Positions 18,011-27,216 of a stretch of DNA of 32,311 bases are shown here, one piece after another. Where the stretch lies: the IMG/VR virus record IMGVR_UViG_3300021560_000046, positions 1 to 32,311 of that record. One strand, given 5' to 3'. Position numbers and translations under genes: made by a program. The notes beneath the pieces are model-generated. The model ran no database searches and was not told where the DNA came from. It was given only the letters and a program-made list of their open reading frames with translations. Numbering within the stretch: the first letter of the stretch is position 1; each line of letters opens with the position of its first letter. The stretch is from a virus. Lineage: Duplodnaviria; Caudoviricetes.

Positions 18011-19411
18011 CTACGTCGGTGGGGGATGCGAGGGATCGAGGGCAGGGACGCCATCACCGCTGGCCGGTGGTTTTTCTGGCGGTGCCGCCGGCTGTTGCGT
18101 CGTAGACGGCTTTGTCTGATCGCCTTGCCGCGCAAAGACTGATCCCGGCGTGTTCATGACATTGCCGTTGCCGTCAAGCCCGAGGCAGATCAGATCGCAG
18201 TACCAAGGCTGGCCGCGGTTATCCCCGGTGTATTCGATCATGAATACTTTATAAGTGCCGGTCGGACTGGTGGGCACCGGCACTTCTACCTTTTGCCCTT
18301 TCTGTTCATTGGGGACGCGTGCCGCTTGTTGGTTCTCCGGGGTGATTTCGTCCCCGCCGGGAATAAAGGCGACGCCCGATATCAGTTCCTTATCCAATTG
18401 GACGAGGCCGCCGATCTTGATCCGAGGATTAAGGAGGCAGCGGATTTGGATGCCCTCCGGTGTCGCTTCGGGGATACCGACAAGCCCGGTACTGGGCTTG
18501 AGCACCACTTTCTCGCCATCAACATAGTCGCGTTGCTCAACTACTTGCAGTGTGCCTTTATCGGGGAAGCACTGCGCATTGTATTTAAGCATCATATCGC
18601 GGATGTATTTCTGCGTCGGGCCACAGAGCACCCACGGCCGCACCAGTGTTTGCGTGCCGATCTTGGGCGACATATAACCCACCGGCATCTTGACATCGCT
18701 CTCGATCATCTTCTTGAGCGCGTCCCGCTCTGTCTCCCCCGCCTCATGCCGCCGCGCGGTGATCGCCTGCGACAGCTTATCGCCATCCATCGCCTTAATT
18801 TCTAAGTAGGTGTCGGTTGGGTTCTCCTTGCCACGCCGGTACTGCACCACCTGACCGTCAAAGATCACGCCATACTGGGCGTATTTGTAGCCCGCCATCA
18901 GTTTGACGCGGCCAAACTGGAAGACTTTCTTCATCGTGCCGGGGCTCAGATTGTAGATGCGCGCGTCGAGTTCACTGGGTGTCGTGGACGTGCTCACATG
19001 GACGTTGAAGGTCACGCGCAGCGCCGACAGTTCGATCCCCGCGCCACTATCGCCCTGTTGCGTCGTGGAGGCCGGTTTGGGGGCCGGTGCGGTGACCTTG
19101 ACATCATCAAGCGTGGTCGATGGCGGGCTGTCCCCCGGTGCGGGCTGCGCCCGCTGGTGTGGTGCCGGTGCCGGTGCTGACGATGGTGATGGCGACGGTG
19201 CTACCGGCGCGAAGGGAGAGGGAGAATTCGCGGCGTAGACGACAAGACTGCACGCCCGCAGCCACTGCTTGCCGCCATCCGTTGTCCCGCCCGTCCCGCT
19301 CGTATCCTTACCGGGGCCGGCAAAGGGACCAGTCGAGGCCGGAAGCTGTTGCGCCAGCTTAGTCCAGGCCTCCTGCGTGCCCGGTGGAAAGGAGAATGTC
19401 CCATCCGGCAT
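18011..19411 (-). CDS. baseplate hub protein
   Basis: LRV.F.V......P.....RIYNLS..T, L.AGY....G.IF.G, I.A.DGD, TGL.G.PE.T..GI...CLLNP.I..G..V.L, G.Y.V..I.Y.GD.RG..WY..L.C. Confidence 0.85.
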   Translation of the reverse strand: MPDGTFSFPPGTQEAWTKLAQQLPASTGPFAGPGKDTSGTGGTTDGGKQWLRACSLVVYAANSPSPFAPVAPSPSPSSAPAPAPHQRAQPAPGDSPPSTTLDDVKVTAPAPKPASTTQQGDSGAGIELSALRVTFNVHVSTSTTPSELDARIYNLSPGTMKKVFQFGRVKLMAGYKYAQYGVIFDGQVVQYRRGKENPTDTYLEIKAMDGDKLSQAITARRHEAGETERDALKKMIESDVKMPVGYMSPKIGTQTLVRPWVLCGPTQKYIRDMMLKYNAQCFPDKGTLQVVEQRDYVDGEKVVLKPSTGLVGIPEATPEGIQIRCLLNPRIKIGGLVQLDKELISGVAFIPGGDEITPENQQAARVPNEQKGQKVEVPVPTSPTGTYKVFMIEYTGDNRGQPWYCDLICLGLDGNGNVMNTPGSVFARQGDQTKPSTTQQPAAPPEKPPASGDGVPALDPSHPPPT

Positions 19412-19413
19412 CG

Positions 19414-22164
19414 CTAGGCCATGTAGACGCGGTTATTGCGCTGTAGCGCCGCCAGCGAGCGATCCTGGGTGTATTTGATCTGCTTGGCGGTCGCGGTGGG
19501 GCTGTGGCTCTCATTGACGTTATAGGTCACGTGCTGGACCACAGTCGGCTTGGTTTGGGCTGCTTGCTGGTTCTGTTGGCGGCGCAGTACCTCCTCGTGC
19601 CGACGACGGAATGTCAGTTCGTCCTCGCGATACCAGTCGATGGCGACTTGTCGGTGTCCCCTGACGCCCTGCGTGTTGCCCGCAATCATCTGCACCATGT
19701 TGCCGACATGCTGGAGAACGACGCCTACATGGTGAAAATCACTACCCACCATCGCGACATCGCCGCGCTGTTCCTGGCCGCGCTGCACACTGTCGCCAAA
19801 GTTCTTGAAGGAGCTAGCCATCGCGTTGGTGTTCGGGAAGAGGCCGTTCTTGCCAAGCGAGGCGTTGAGAAACGCGGCGCACCATGCCGCGCTCATCGGA
19901 TCGAAATTACCCGCGTTCTGCTTCATGAATTCGCGGACATGCGGGTTGTCTTGGTACTCGCCCAAGAAGGCCATCATCGTGTTGATGACGCCCTCCATTG
20001 AGCCGCCGCCACCTGTTGCAGTCCCGCCTCCCGTGCCGAACTGCCTCATCAACTGCGCGCCCTTGCCGAGATTGCCGGTGAGCGCGCCGTAGTCGCCAAA
20101 GCCGCCCGCCCTGGGTGCGCGGTGCATCAGATCGATGACCTGCTCGGGGGTCAGCTTGGCGAGGTTGGGGTTCAGCTTGAGGAGGCTCTGATAGACATAG
20201 GCCGTCTGTGCCGCGACATCCCCCGGCTTGCCACCTCCGGCGAGATACGCATCGAGAGCGCCGTGTTTGTGCAGTTGCCACGGGCCAAACGAAGTCGCCT
20301 CGCCCGGTGCGCCGCCAAAGCGCGGCCCGACATCGCCGCCCTTCCACGCTTCCTCGACACCTCCCTCGCCTTGCGTCGCGGCGAGCATCGCCTGGATCGT
20401 CGCTTCGCTGGCCCCGGCTTTGCGGAGCGTGTCAACAATCGTGCCAACGATCTGCGCGCTACCTTTGAGATTAGTAGCGCCTGCGGGTAGGCCGCCGGGT
20501 CGGCCCCATCCTGAACCGCCGTCGCCCGAACCAGCACCGCTCGAACCAGCACCGCTCGAACCAGCACCGCTCGAACCAGCGCCAGTGCCAGTGCCTTTGT
20601 TTGGGTCGTAGCCCATCTTTTCGAGCGTGGTATCGGACAAATCCACTTGCGGCTTATAGGACGTGTCGCCGGCAAACCAACCGAGGAAGGATTGGAGAAG
20701 CCGCCTGGATGTCTCGACAAAGGAGCCGCCGCCACCCGAGAAAAAGCCCATCAAGCCAGCGCTGATACTCGACGGCAGCACCATCTCGCCCGCGTGCAAG
20801 GCCGAGGGAACGATCCCGCCTGCGGCGTGTCCCGTCCCCATCCACTTCTTCCAAAGGTACGGCCCGAGGCCGCCCCACATCTGATTTTCCGGCGTGTCGG
20901 TGCGCTCGATCTGGTAGCCTTCTCGACCGACACCGGCTTCCCACATCGCCATGATCATGCCGATCGGGCCGCCCGCCATCGACCACAGACTGGGCCGATT
21001 TCCGACACCACCCGGTCTTCCCCCGCCCGCGCCCTGCTGGACGCCCTGACGCACGCCTGCGCCCACCGCCGCCCCGGCGGCGGGAGCCGCCGCCCGCAGC
21101 GGGCCAAACATCAAGCCGACCAGTTGCTTGCCGAGCGCCCCGATAATCGTGACGATCGCGCGGCGGAAGGCAAAAATCCCCACCAGCATGACCGTCCCCA
21201 ATTCGGGGCCAAACGTATTCTTAAAGAACTTCCACACCTCATCGATGGCGTGGGCGATATCGATGACGGCCCTCCCGATCGCCTTCATATCTTCGGCAAA
21301 GTCTTTGCGTGCGTTGGGATCGTTAAAGAAATTGGCTATGCTGGCGGCAATCTCGCGGACAGCCTTTTGTGTCTCCGGATCGATCAGCCACTTACTAAAG
21401 GCGACCGCCACATCGTTGATCGCGTCAACGACCGTCTTGCCTGTCTGCTTATCCGGTGTAAAAAGAAATTCCGCAAAGACGCCGCGCATGGTGTTGCCCA
21501 GCGTCCAGAACGTGCGCTCCATCTTAGCGCTGTCGTCGTAGATTTTTTGGACTGACGGCCCCCCGCCCGCAGCGATCCGCTTCCACATAGTCTCTGAGGC
21601 GTCGGCCGTTTCCTTGGCCTCGGCCTGGAACTTCCACAGCGCGCGGATAGCCTCTAAATTACCGCCGAACGCCATCTTCAGCATTTGCATCTGGCCGCTA
21701 ATGCCAGCCGCGACTTCGTCACCGCCATACGCCTTGACGACTTCGCCGTATTCCTTCACCGCCGCCGCAATGACATCCACGCCATTAGCGAAGTGGCCGG
21801 TGTGCTGTACCCACCCTTCAAGCTGCGCCCGTTGAACAGGATCACGCAGTTGGGCGTAGAGATTGTTGAGGAGCGGCGCGGCTTCGTCGGCGGAACGCCC
21901 CGCGCCCACCAAGGAGGCACGCAGCTTTTCCATCGCTTCGGCCGACACATTGGCCGACTTCGCGGCATAACTTAGCTGACCAAAGCCGGTGGTGGTGCGG
22001 CGGACCAGTTCCTCGACGCCCGTGATCGCGCCGATGACGGCGAGGCGGAAGGCATTTAATTGGCCAACACTATTGCTGATGCTGTCGCGGAATTTCTTCG
22101 CCGCGGCTTCATCGAATTCGTATTTCAGTTTGATGACAAAGGATTGCAGGACCGTATCAGCCAC
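19414..22164 (-). CDS. tape measure protein with C-terminal lysozyme-like and CHAP/NlpC-like (TIGR02594-type) domains
   Basis: Located after the chaperones; Ala-rich helical N-terminal half; E-G...GD.G...TSFGPWQLH; AWCAAFLN...GDV......HVG......GN. Confidence 0.88.
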   Translation of the reverse strand: MADTVLQSFVIKLKYEFDEAAAKKFRDSISNSVGQLNAFRLAVIGAITGVEELVRRTTTGFGQLSYAAKSANVSAEAMEKLRASLVGAGRSADEAAPLLNNLYAQLRDPVQRAQLEGWVQHTGHFANGVDVIAAAVKEYGEVVKAYGGDEVAAGISGQMQMLKMAFGGNLEAIRALWKFQAEAKETADASETMWKRIAAGGGPSVQKIYDDSAKMERTFWTLGNTMRGVFAEFLFTPDKQTGKTVVDAINDVAVAFSKWLIDPETQKAVREIAASIANFFNDPNARKDFAEDMKAIGRAVIDIAHAIDEVWKFFKNTFGPELGTVMLVGIFAFRRAIVTIIGALGKQLVGLMFGPLRAAAPAAGAAVGAGVRQGVQQGAGGGRPGGVGNRPSLWSMAGGPIGMIMAMWEAGVGREGYQIERTDTPENQMWGGLGPYLWKKWMGTGHAAGGIVPSALHAGEMVLPSSISAGLMGFFSGGGGSFVETSRRLLQSFLGWFAGDTSYKPQVDLSDTTLEKMGYDPNKGTGTGAGSSGAGSSGAGSSGAGSGDGGSGWGRPGGLPAGATNLKGSAQIVGTIVDTLRKAGASEATIQAMLAATQGEGGVEEAWKGGDVGPRFGGAPGEATSFGPWQLHKHGALDAYLAGGGKPGDVAAQTAYVYQSLLKLNPNLAKLTPEQVIDLMHRAPRAGGFGDYGALTGNLGKGAQLMRQFGTGGGTATGGGGSMEGVINTMMAFLGEYQDNPHVREFMKQNAGNFDPMSAAWCAAFLNASLGKNGLFPNTNAMASSFKNFGDSVQRGQEQRGDVAMVGSDFHHVGVVLQHVGNMVQMIAGNTQGVRGHRQVAIDWYREDELTFRRRHEEVLRRQQNQQAAQTKPTVVQHVTYNVNESHSPTATAKQIKYTQDRSLAALQRNNRVYMA
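20527..20580. repeat. 15-bp perfect tandem repeat x3.6 encoding a (SGAGS)n linker
   Basis: CGAACCAGCACCGCT at 20527, 20542 and 20557, partial copy at 20572. Confidence 0.9.
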
Positions 22165-22336
22165 GATTTCCCTCCGCAGCGGCTTCGTTCATCCGTGCTT
22201 CGTTTTCCGCTTGGCAATCCAGCGCTTCATTCATCCGAGAGATATCGAACAGCCCCAGCGTGCCGTCGATCAAGCTCTCGTACTTACACAGCCCCGAGAG
22301 AACCGGACGCATGATCCAGTCTTCTTCGTCGTTCAT
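22157..22336 (-). CDS. tail assembly chaperone, post-frameshift part (DUF6889-like, 59 aa; absent from ORF track)
   Basis: Translated by hand: MNDEEDWIMRPVLSGLCKYESLIDGTLGLFDISRMNEALDCQAENEAR...; the frame is open back to the slippery site at 22402-22408. Confidence 0.85.
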   Translation of the reverse strand: MNDEEDWIMRPVLSGLCKYESLIDGTLGLFDISRMNEALDCQAENEARMNEAAAEGNRG

Positions 22337-22776
22337 TGCGACGAAGGTAACGCTGTTGATGGGGCCATTGCGGTGTCCAAACCGTTGGGCTGGGGTACGG
22401 GAAAAAAATTGCCGAGATTGTCCTGTATCACCGTAAAGGCCAGTTGGATCATGGTCTGCATGTCCATGTCGTCAAACATCAACTGGCCCTGCGGCGTGGT
22501 GATCGGCACCCACGTTCGCCCGTTATACATGGTCACCGCCGAGAGGCACGTCTTGAGGCACCATTCGCTGTCATCAGTAGACATGTCCGCGACGGCCTGT
22601 GCGATCGGCCCCAGCGAATGCCAGAAATCCTTCTGGGCGATCTGATCCCCCATCTCGGAGAAGGTCTCGCCCAGACCGCTGAACAGAGGCATGAGCTTAC
22701 GGACCAAGTGGAATTGCTTGAACGCGTCAAGCTTACCGGACCGATACTTGACACCGTTGACTTCAACCTCTTGCAT
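22333..22776 (-). CDS. tail assembly chaperone (gpG-like)
   Basis: Between tube and TMP; Y..GKL.AF.QFH..RKL.P...MF.D.D...M..L...VI.DNLGNFF. Confidence 0.85.
   Translation of the reverse strand: MQEVEVNGVKYRSGKLDAFKQFHLVRKLMPLFSGLGETFSEMGDQIAQKDFWHSLGPIAQAVADMSTDDSEWCLKTCLSAVTMYNGRTWVPITTPQGQLMFDDMDMQTMIQLAFTVIQDNLGNFFPVPQPNGLDTAMAPSTALPSSQ
22401..22410 (-). other. putative -1 programmed ribosomal frameshift site (AAU UUU UUU C)
   Basis: Run of 7 T on the coding strand, in codons N-F-F; the -1 frame runs open to the TGA at 22157. Confidence 0.75.
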
Positions 22777-22788
22777 GATCCTCTCCTA

Positions 22789-23253
22789 TTACACCACTCC
22801 CGCCGGGACTGCGATGCCCGATCCCAGGATGAAATCGGTGATGCCGGCGTGGAATGTCCACACCATTTCACCGCCCTCTTTGCTGTAAGTGACATCCGCG
22901 AATTTGGCGAAGGCGCACTGTTGCGCTACCACCACGTCGTTTAGTTGCAGATCGCGCACCGAGATGGTGTTGAAGCCGTAGACGCCGCTGCCACTGGTGT
23001 CGAGCGCGTACATCTGCGACAGCAACTGATTGGTCGGTGATGTCTTGAGAAGCCGCACGGTCACGGTCGAGCCCTTGCCCGCGTGCAGGCTGTGCATGAC
23101 CGCGCCGTCAGCGCCGATCGTCATCGTGGATTTATCTTCCACCATGACGATCGAGATACCACCGTCGCTCGCCGCCGAGCCCGCCCCCAGACTGACGGTG
23201 CCGCTAGGCCCGGTGATCGACGCCATGATGTCTTGGAACGAATAGGTTGCCAT
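22789..23253 (-). CDS. tail tube protein (DUF3277-like)
   Basis: TYSF.D..ASI.GP.G...LG.G......GI.I....DK..MTIGADG..MHSLHA.K...VTVRLLKTSP.N. Confidence 0.9.
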   Translation of the reverse strand: MATYSFQDIMASITGPSGTVSLGAGSAASDGGISIVMVEDKSTMTIGADGAVMHSLHAGKGSTVTVRLLKTSPTNQLLSQMYALDTSGSGVYGFNTISVRDLQLNDVVVAQQCAFAKFADVTYSKEGGEMVWTFHAGITDFILGSGIAVPAGVV

Positions 23254-23371
23254 GCAGTCCTCCTTCTACTGCGTTGTAGTCATGCCAGTGTGCCAATGCC
23301 GCGCCCAGCGCCATCCCAAACAACAGAACAGCCAGGAGGATGCCCCAAAACTGTTCGACGCTGAAGTTCAC
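23204..23371 (-). CDS. possible 55-aa single-TM membrane protein (absent from ORF track)
   Basis: GTG overlaps the sheath stop; MNFSVEQFWGILLAVLLFGMALGAALAHWHDY...; overlaps the tube start by 50 nt. Confidence 0.35.
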   Translation of the reverse strand: MNFSVEQFWGILLAVLLFGMALGAALAHWHDYNAVEGGLHGNLFVPRHHGVDHRA

Positions 23372-24852
23372 TAACGGTTGACGTTGATAACCACATTGGC
23401 AAAGTGAACGGCACCAGCCAACTTCACCGCGATCTGGATCAGCGGCGCGATACGCGCTTCACGATCGGCTTGATCCTGGGTGTCAACGCTGTTGGCAAAG
23501 GTGTACCAGCCGTTCGCCAGATAGTTGCCGTATTGCAGCGTGCCAAAGCCCGGTGCGTTCCACACGCCCGGTGCGATCAGACCGTTGATCACGCCCTGTG
23601 ACAGACCGCCATCCGCCGTGTTGACCAGCATGTGGACGCCGGGATTGGTCTGCGGCACCTTGGGCGACTGGTAAAGCAAATTCCACATGTCGTTCTGAAT
23701 GCGGTTTGCCAACCAGTCGAGCCCGTGGATTTCGTCCCAATAGGCGCGGCCCGACATCACGCCTTCCTGCACGATCGATGTCTGGTTGTTGTACTGGACA
23801 TAGACGTTGCAGCGCTTCTGCGCGAGCGTTGACGCCTGGGCTCCGGTCAGAAGCTCCGGTGTGACACCCGGCTGGACCTTGAACTTCGCGGTGATCGTCG
23901 TGTTCGAGCCCTCGAAATTCACCGTCAGCACGCGACCAAAGAAGCTGCAAATCGCGTAGAGATTGGTGATCGAATATTGCAGCACCGTCCGCATGTAGTC
24001 CGCCAGCATGGCCTGCGACGCCAAATCCGTGGTGTTGGTCGGATCGAGCGTGATCGCCTCCGCCGTGGTAGCGCCGTAGACGTGCTTGTCGCTTGCCGCC
24101 TCGATATAGGCGGAACAGGCGAGGTGCTGAGGATCGGTCAACGGCACGCTGGCGGCAAAGGAGGCCGCGTACCAGCCGCGGCCATCGACGCGCGCGAGCG
24201 CGGCGACGGGTGTCTCGGCCGCGAGCCCGCTGGCCGTGCGCTCGGCCAAGGCCGCGGTCATGTGCAACATGGCCGAGATATCGGTGCCGCTTGTCGGCGC
24301 GCTCGCAAAGCCCACCGAGGAATTCGTCCCGGCGGTGCCGCTGGTCATGATGAATTGCTGCCCGTTCCAGACAAACGTGGCTCCCGGCACCAGCGCCACC
24401 AGCGCCGTCTGGATCGTGCTCGCGACCATGTTGAGATTGGTCGCGAGCGCGAAATTGAGCCCTCCGACATGCACCGGAGCCCCACCATCCATCGAGACCG
24501 TAAAGCCGCCCGTGGTGATCCCGGTCCAGTTGCTGAGGAGCATTTCGGTCGGGGCCAGGGGGCCGCCGGTCAGCCGGCCCTTGGTCGGCACCCGCGCCCA
24601 TGTCCCGATAAACAGGACCGATGGCTGAGGCACCTGTCCAAAGAACAAGGAGGCCGCCAGATATTCCGGCGCGGTGGTGCCGAAATCGCCGACCACATCC
24701 TCGATCGTGTTGTATTCGCGGATGCCTTCCCCTGCATCCACCACGCCTGTGTCGCCCATGATCAGAAGCGTGTCAAACCGCTGTTGGGCGGCGGCCTGCG
24801 GGGTGAAATTGACTTGGACATTGACAACACGCGAGACAGACAAGCCCTGCAT
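23371..24852 (-). CDS. tail sheath protein (DUF3383-like)
   Basis: L.VSRVVNV, DFG...PEY.AA..FF.Q.P.P, T.KFK..PGV..E, DE.HGLDWL, ADREAR.AP.IQ.A.KLAGAVH. Confidence 0.93.
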   Translation of the reverse strand: MQGLSVSRVVNVQVNFTPQAAAQQRFDTLLIMGDTGVVDAGEGIREYNTIEDVVGDFGTTAPEYLAASLFFGQVPQPSVLFIGTWARVPTKGRLTGGPLAPTEMLLSNWTGITTGGFTVSMDGGAPVHVGGLNFALATNLNMVASTIQTALVALVPGATFVWNGQQFIMTSGTAGTNSSVGFASAPTSGTDISAMLHMTAALAERTASGLAAETPVAALARVDGRGWYAASFAASVPLTDPQHLACSAYIEAASDKHVYGATTAEAITLDPTNTTDLASQAMLADYMRTVLQYSITNLYAICSFFGRVLTVNFEGSNTTITAKFKVQPGVTPELLTGAQASTLAQKRCNVYVQYNNQTSIVQEGVMSGRAYWDEIHGLDWLANRIQNDMWNLLYQSPKVPQTNPGVHMLVNTADGGLSQGVINGLIAPGVWNAPGFGTLQYGNYLANGWYTFANSVDTQDQADREARIAPLIQIAVKLAGAVHFANVVINVNR

Positions 24853-24862
24853 GGCGGTCCTC

Positions 24863-25468
24863 CTATGGCGTCAGCGGATCGAGAAGCTCGAAAGCGGTCA
24901 CGGTGATTTCGGACAGTATCGCGCTGCCGCTGTCGCAGCGATAAGCCCCACCAATCCAATAGTTGTCGTTCAGCACCAAACCGCTGAGCAACGCTGTGGC
25001 CGAAAAGGGTCGGCTCTCCCCCGGTTTTGATGTCGAAATGCTGACCAGCGCACCCACCAACGTGCCGTTGGTCCCGGTGATCGGTGTTCCGGCAGCCGGC
25101 GGAGCGCCTGCGCCGTAGATCAATTGGAAGTAGCTGGTGCCCGCGTTGGCGGTGTTGCCCAGCGCGCCTTCCGCCGTGACGTATCCGCGCGAGGAACCAG
25201 ACGGGATAAAGCTGATATCGAGCCCCGCCGTGACAAAATCGACCGATGCGGTATCGGGCGGATTGGCCGTTATCTGTGATTGAGCGGCCTGTTGTCGCGC
25301 CAGGAGCCGCGTATTGTCGGCTATGAGGCTTTCGATCTGGCTTTGCATCGACATGACAGCGGTCTGCAAATCGCTGATTTCGATGCGGGCGGTCTCGAAC
25401 TGGGCTCGGACATTGGCCGTATAGGCGTTGCCCTCGCGCGGATACGAGCTATCGATTTGTGAAGGCAT
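24863..25468 (-). CDS. putative collar/whisker-type virion protein
   Basis: N-terminal S.ID..YP..G......VR..F..A..EI.DLQ, a coiled coil, then a beta-rich C-terminal domain; lies between terminator and sheath. Confidence 0.7.
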   Translation of the reverse strand: MPSQIDSSYPREGNAYTANVRAQFETARIEISDLQTAVMSMQSQIESLIADNTRLLARQQAAQSQITANPPDTASVDFVTAGLDISFIPSGSSRGYVTAEGALGNTANAGTSYFQLIYGAGAPPAAGTPITGTNGTLVGALVSISTSKPGESRPFSATALLSGLVLNDNYWIGGAYRCDSGSAILSEITVTAFELLDPLTP

Positions 25469-26166
25469 TATTTGACATCCCAGGTGGTCGATCCGTCATC
25501 CCAGACCGTTACGTCGCTCGCGCGGGCGGTAGAGACATCCCACAGCGTCCCCGGCACGATCGCGCTGGCGGTGTCGTAGGTGACGGTGACCGTGCGCTGC
25601 CCGAAATCGTTGCCGGTGATCGTCCCCTTGGCGCGCAACAGCGTGCGAACGTTGTAAACGCGGCGCACTTGCCGGTTGAGGATGATTTCGAGGTGGTAGG
25701 CGTCGCGCCATTGCTGACGGAAGAGTTCTGGGACGTGGTCGATCCGCTCGGCCTCGACCAAGCCCACCGAATTCTCCCGCCACAGTTGCCGGTTCTGGTC
25801 GATAAAGAGCCCGTCGCGCAGGATCGCTATCACATCGCCTGCGTGCGGCCCGTAGCTCGACACGCGGTAGGTCACCTGTTCGGATCGGCCCAGCCGGTCG
25901 TATCCCGGTTCTTCTTCGCCGTGATGCTTCAAGTAAGGGCTGAACTGCGCCACGGTGCGGGTAATCCCACAAGCCACCCAATCGACCGAGACATCGGGCG
26001 TGGGCGACGGATTTGGTTGCCAGCGGGGACGCACCAGTTCCCCCGGCAGACCAGTGATCCCGGCGACGCATTGCTGAAGGAAATTCTCCCAGTCAAGCGC
26101 GTCTAAGGTCTCGGTCGGCGCAGGACCGAGATAACCGGGCTGGGTGCTGTCGGCCGCCCACGTCAT
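25468..26166 (-). CDS. tail terminator / neck protein
   Basis: S...GYL.P, GITGLPG.LVRPRWQ..P...P....DW.A.G, YGP.A......LRDGL...QN; located before the sheath. Confidence 0.8.
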   Translation of the reverse strand: MTWAADSTQPGYLGPAPTETLDALDWENFLQQCVAGITGLPGELVRPRWQPNPSPTPDVSVDWVACGITRTVAQFSPYLKHHGEEEPGYDRLGRSEQVTYRVSSYGPHAGDVIAILRDGLFIDQNRQLWRENSVGLVEAERIDHVPELFRQQWRDAYHLEIILNRQVRRVYNVRTLLRAKGTITGNDFGQRTVTVTYDTASAIVPGTLWDVSTARASDVTVWDDGSTTWDVK

Positions 26167-26609
26167 CAGTGGACCGTGCCGGTGGGCGCGGGCACGGGAT
26201 TATCCCCGCCCTGCGCAGGCGGCGGCGGATCGACCGCGTTGATCGAGACCGCCACGACATGGACAAAGCCGCGGCCGTAGCCGGCGTAGTCATCGAGCGT
26301 GCGGACGACAAAGACCGAGCCATGCCAGTAGATGTGGTCGGGATGGGTGACGACATTACCGAGTTCATCGGTCGAGGTGCCCTGGAAGCGGAACGGCGAA
26401 TAGACATCGATCGCCTTGTTGAAATATTCCTCTTCCGGCACCCGCTGAAGCTCGTTCGGGCCTGCGGCGGTCACCACCGCGCGGGTGGTGATCGATGTCT
26501 CGTTGACCGTGTTGCGCCCGTTATTGTCCATCACGACTTGGCGGCGGACGACGACGATGTTGTCCCAGAACGACGGGTCAAACGCTTCGTTGACATCCAA
26601 CCAAGGCAT
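26166..26609 (-). CDS. head closure / head-tail joining protein
   Basis: MP.LDV....DP.F.D...V.R......GR, L.R.PE, D.I.W.G..F.V.....Y..YG.GF. Confidence 0.8.
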   Translation of the reverse strand: MPWLDVNEAFDPSFWDNIVVVRRQVVMDNNGRNTVNETSITTRAVVTAAGPNELQRVPEEEYFNKAIDVYSPFRFQGTSTDELGNVVTHPDHIYWHGSVFVVRTLDDYAGYGRGFVHVVAVSINAVDPPPPAQGGDNPVPAPTGTVH

Positions 26610-26615
26610 GCCTCA

Positions 26616-27212
26616 TCACCTCTTAATAACGTATGTAATACTGTTAAGCATTTGTGCGGTATCGACCAGGGGCGTCACATCGTCGGATGTCCGCGCCTGC
26701 CGCGAGGGGGTGCGAGACCGCCGCGCCGCGATCGTGCGTGGGCTCAGTGCCGGTTGCAACCCGTCCACGATCCGCCCCTTGACGGACGAGACCGCGGTCA
26801 TCCCGGCAGCGTGGAGCCCGCGATCCAAGAGGCTCTGACTGTCGTTGTTGAGCGACAAGGCCGCCTCAGCGGCCCGCTGCATATAGCGCAGCCAATCGGC
26901 CTTGCTCTCCTCAACACCCGGCCCCAACCACGGCCGGGGCGGGATGTTGGCGGATGGAGCCCCGTGCTCATGGATATAGCCCAACGTCGCGTTGGACTGG
27001 ATGCCGCCCTCGCCGTCGTCGCGGCGTCGCTCGGTATCATCCCCGCCCGCGCGCTGGCCGCTCTCGGTGTAGTGGGGCTGATCCCTATCGCTGGGGATAC
27101 CGATCAGCACCTCGATCCGGCTTAAATCATCGACCACTGCCTGCAACTGATCGGTGCGGTCAGTCTCCACCCGCAGCGTGTTGTTGGGCGGGATACGCTG
27201 CGTCTGGGCCAT
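26616..27212 (-). CDS. neck / tail completion protein
   Basis: VL.GIP, NA.LGYIHE.G.P..NIPPRP.L.PG, LSP.T.A.R, PLVDT.QM.NSITYV. Confidence 0.82.
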   Translation of the reverse strand: MAQTQRIPPNNTLRVETDRTDQLQAVVDDLSRIEVLIGIPSDRDQPHYTESGQRAGGDDTERRRDDGEGGIQSNATLGYIHEHGAPSANIPPRPWLGPGVEESKADWLRYMQRAAEAALSLNNDSQSLLDRGLHAAGMTAVSSVKGRIVDGLQPALSPRTIAARRSRTPSRQARTSDDVTPLVDTAQMLNSITYVIKR

Positions 27213-27216
27213 TTTT

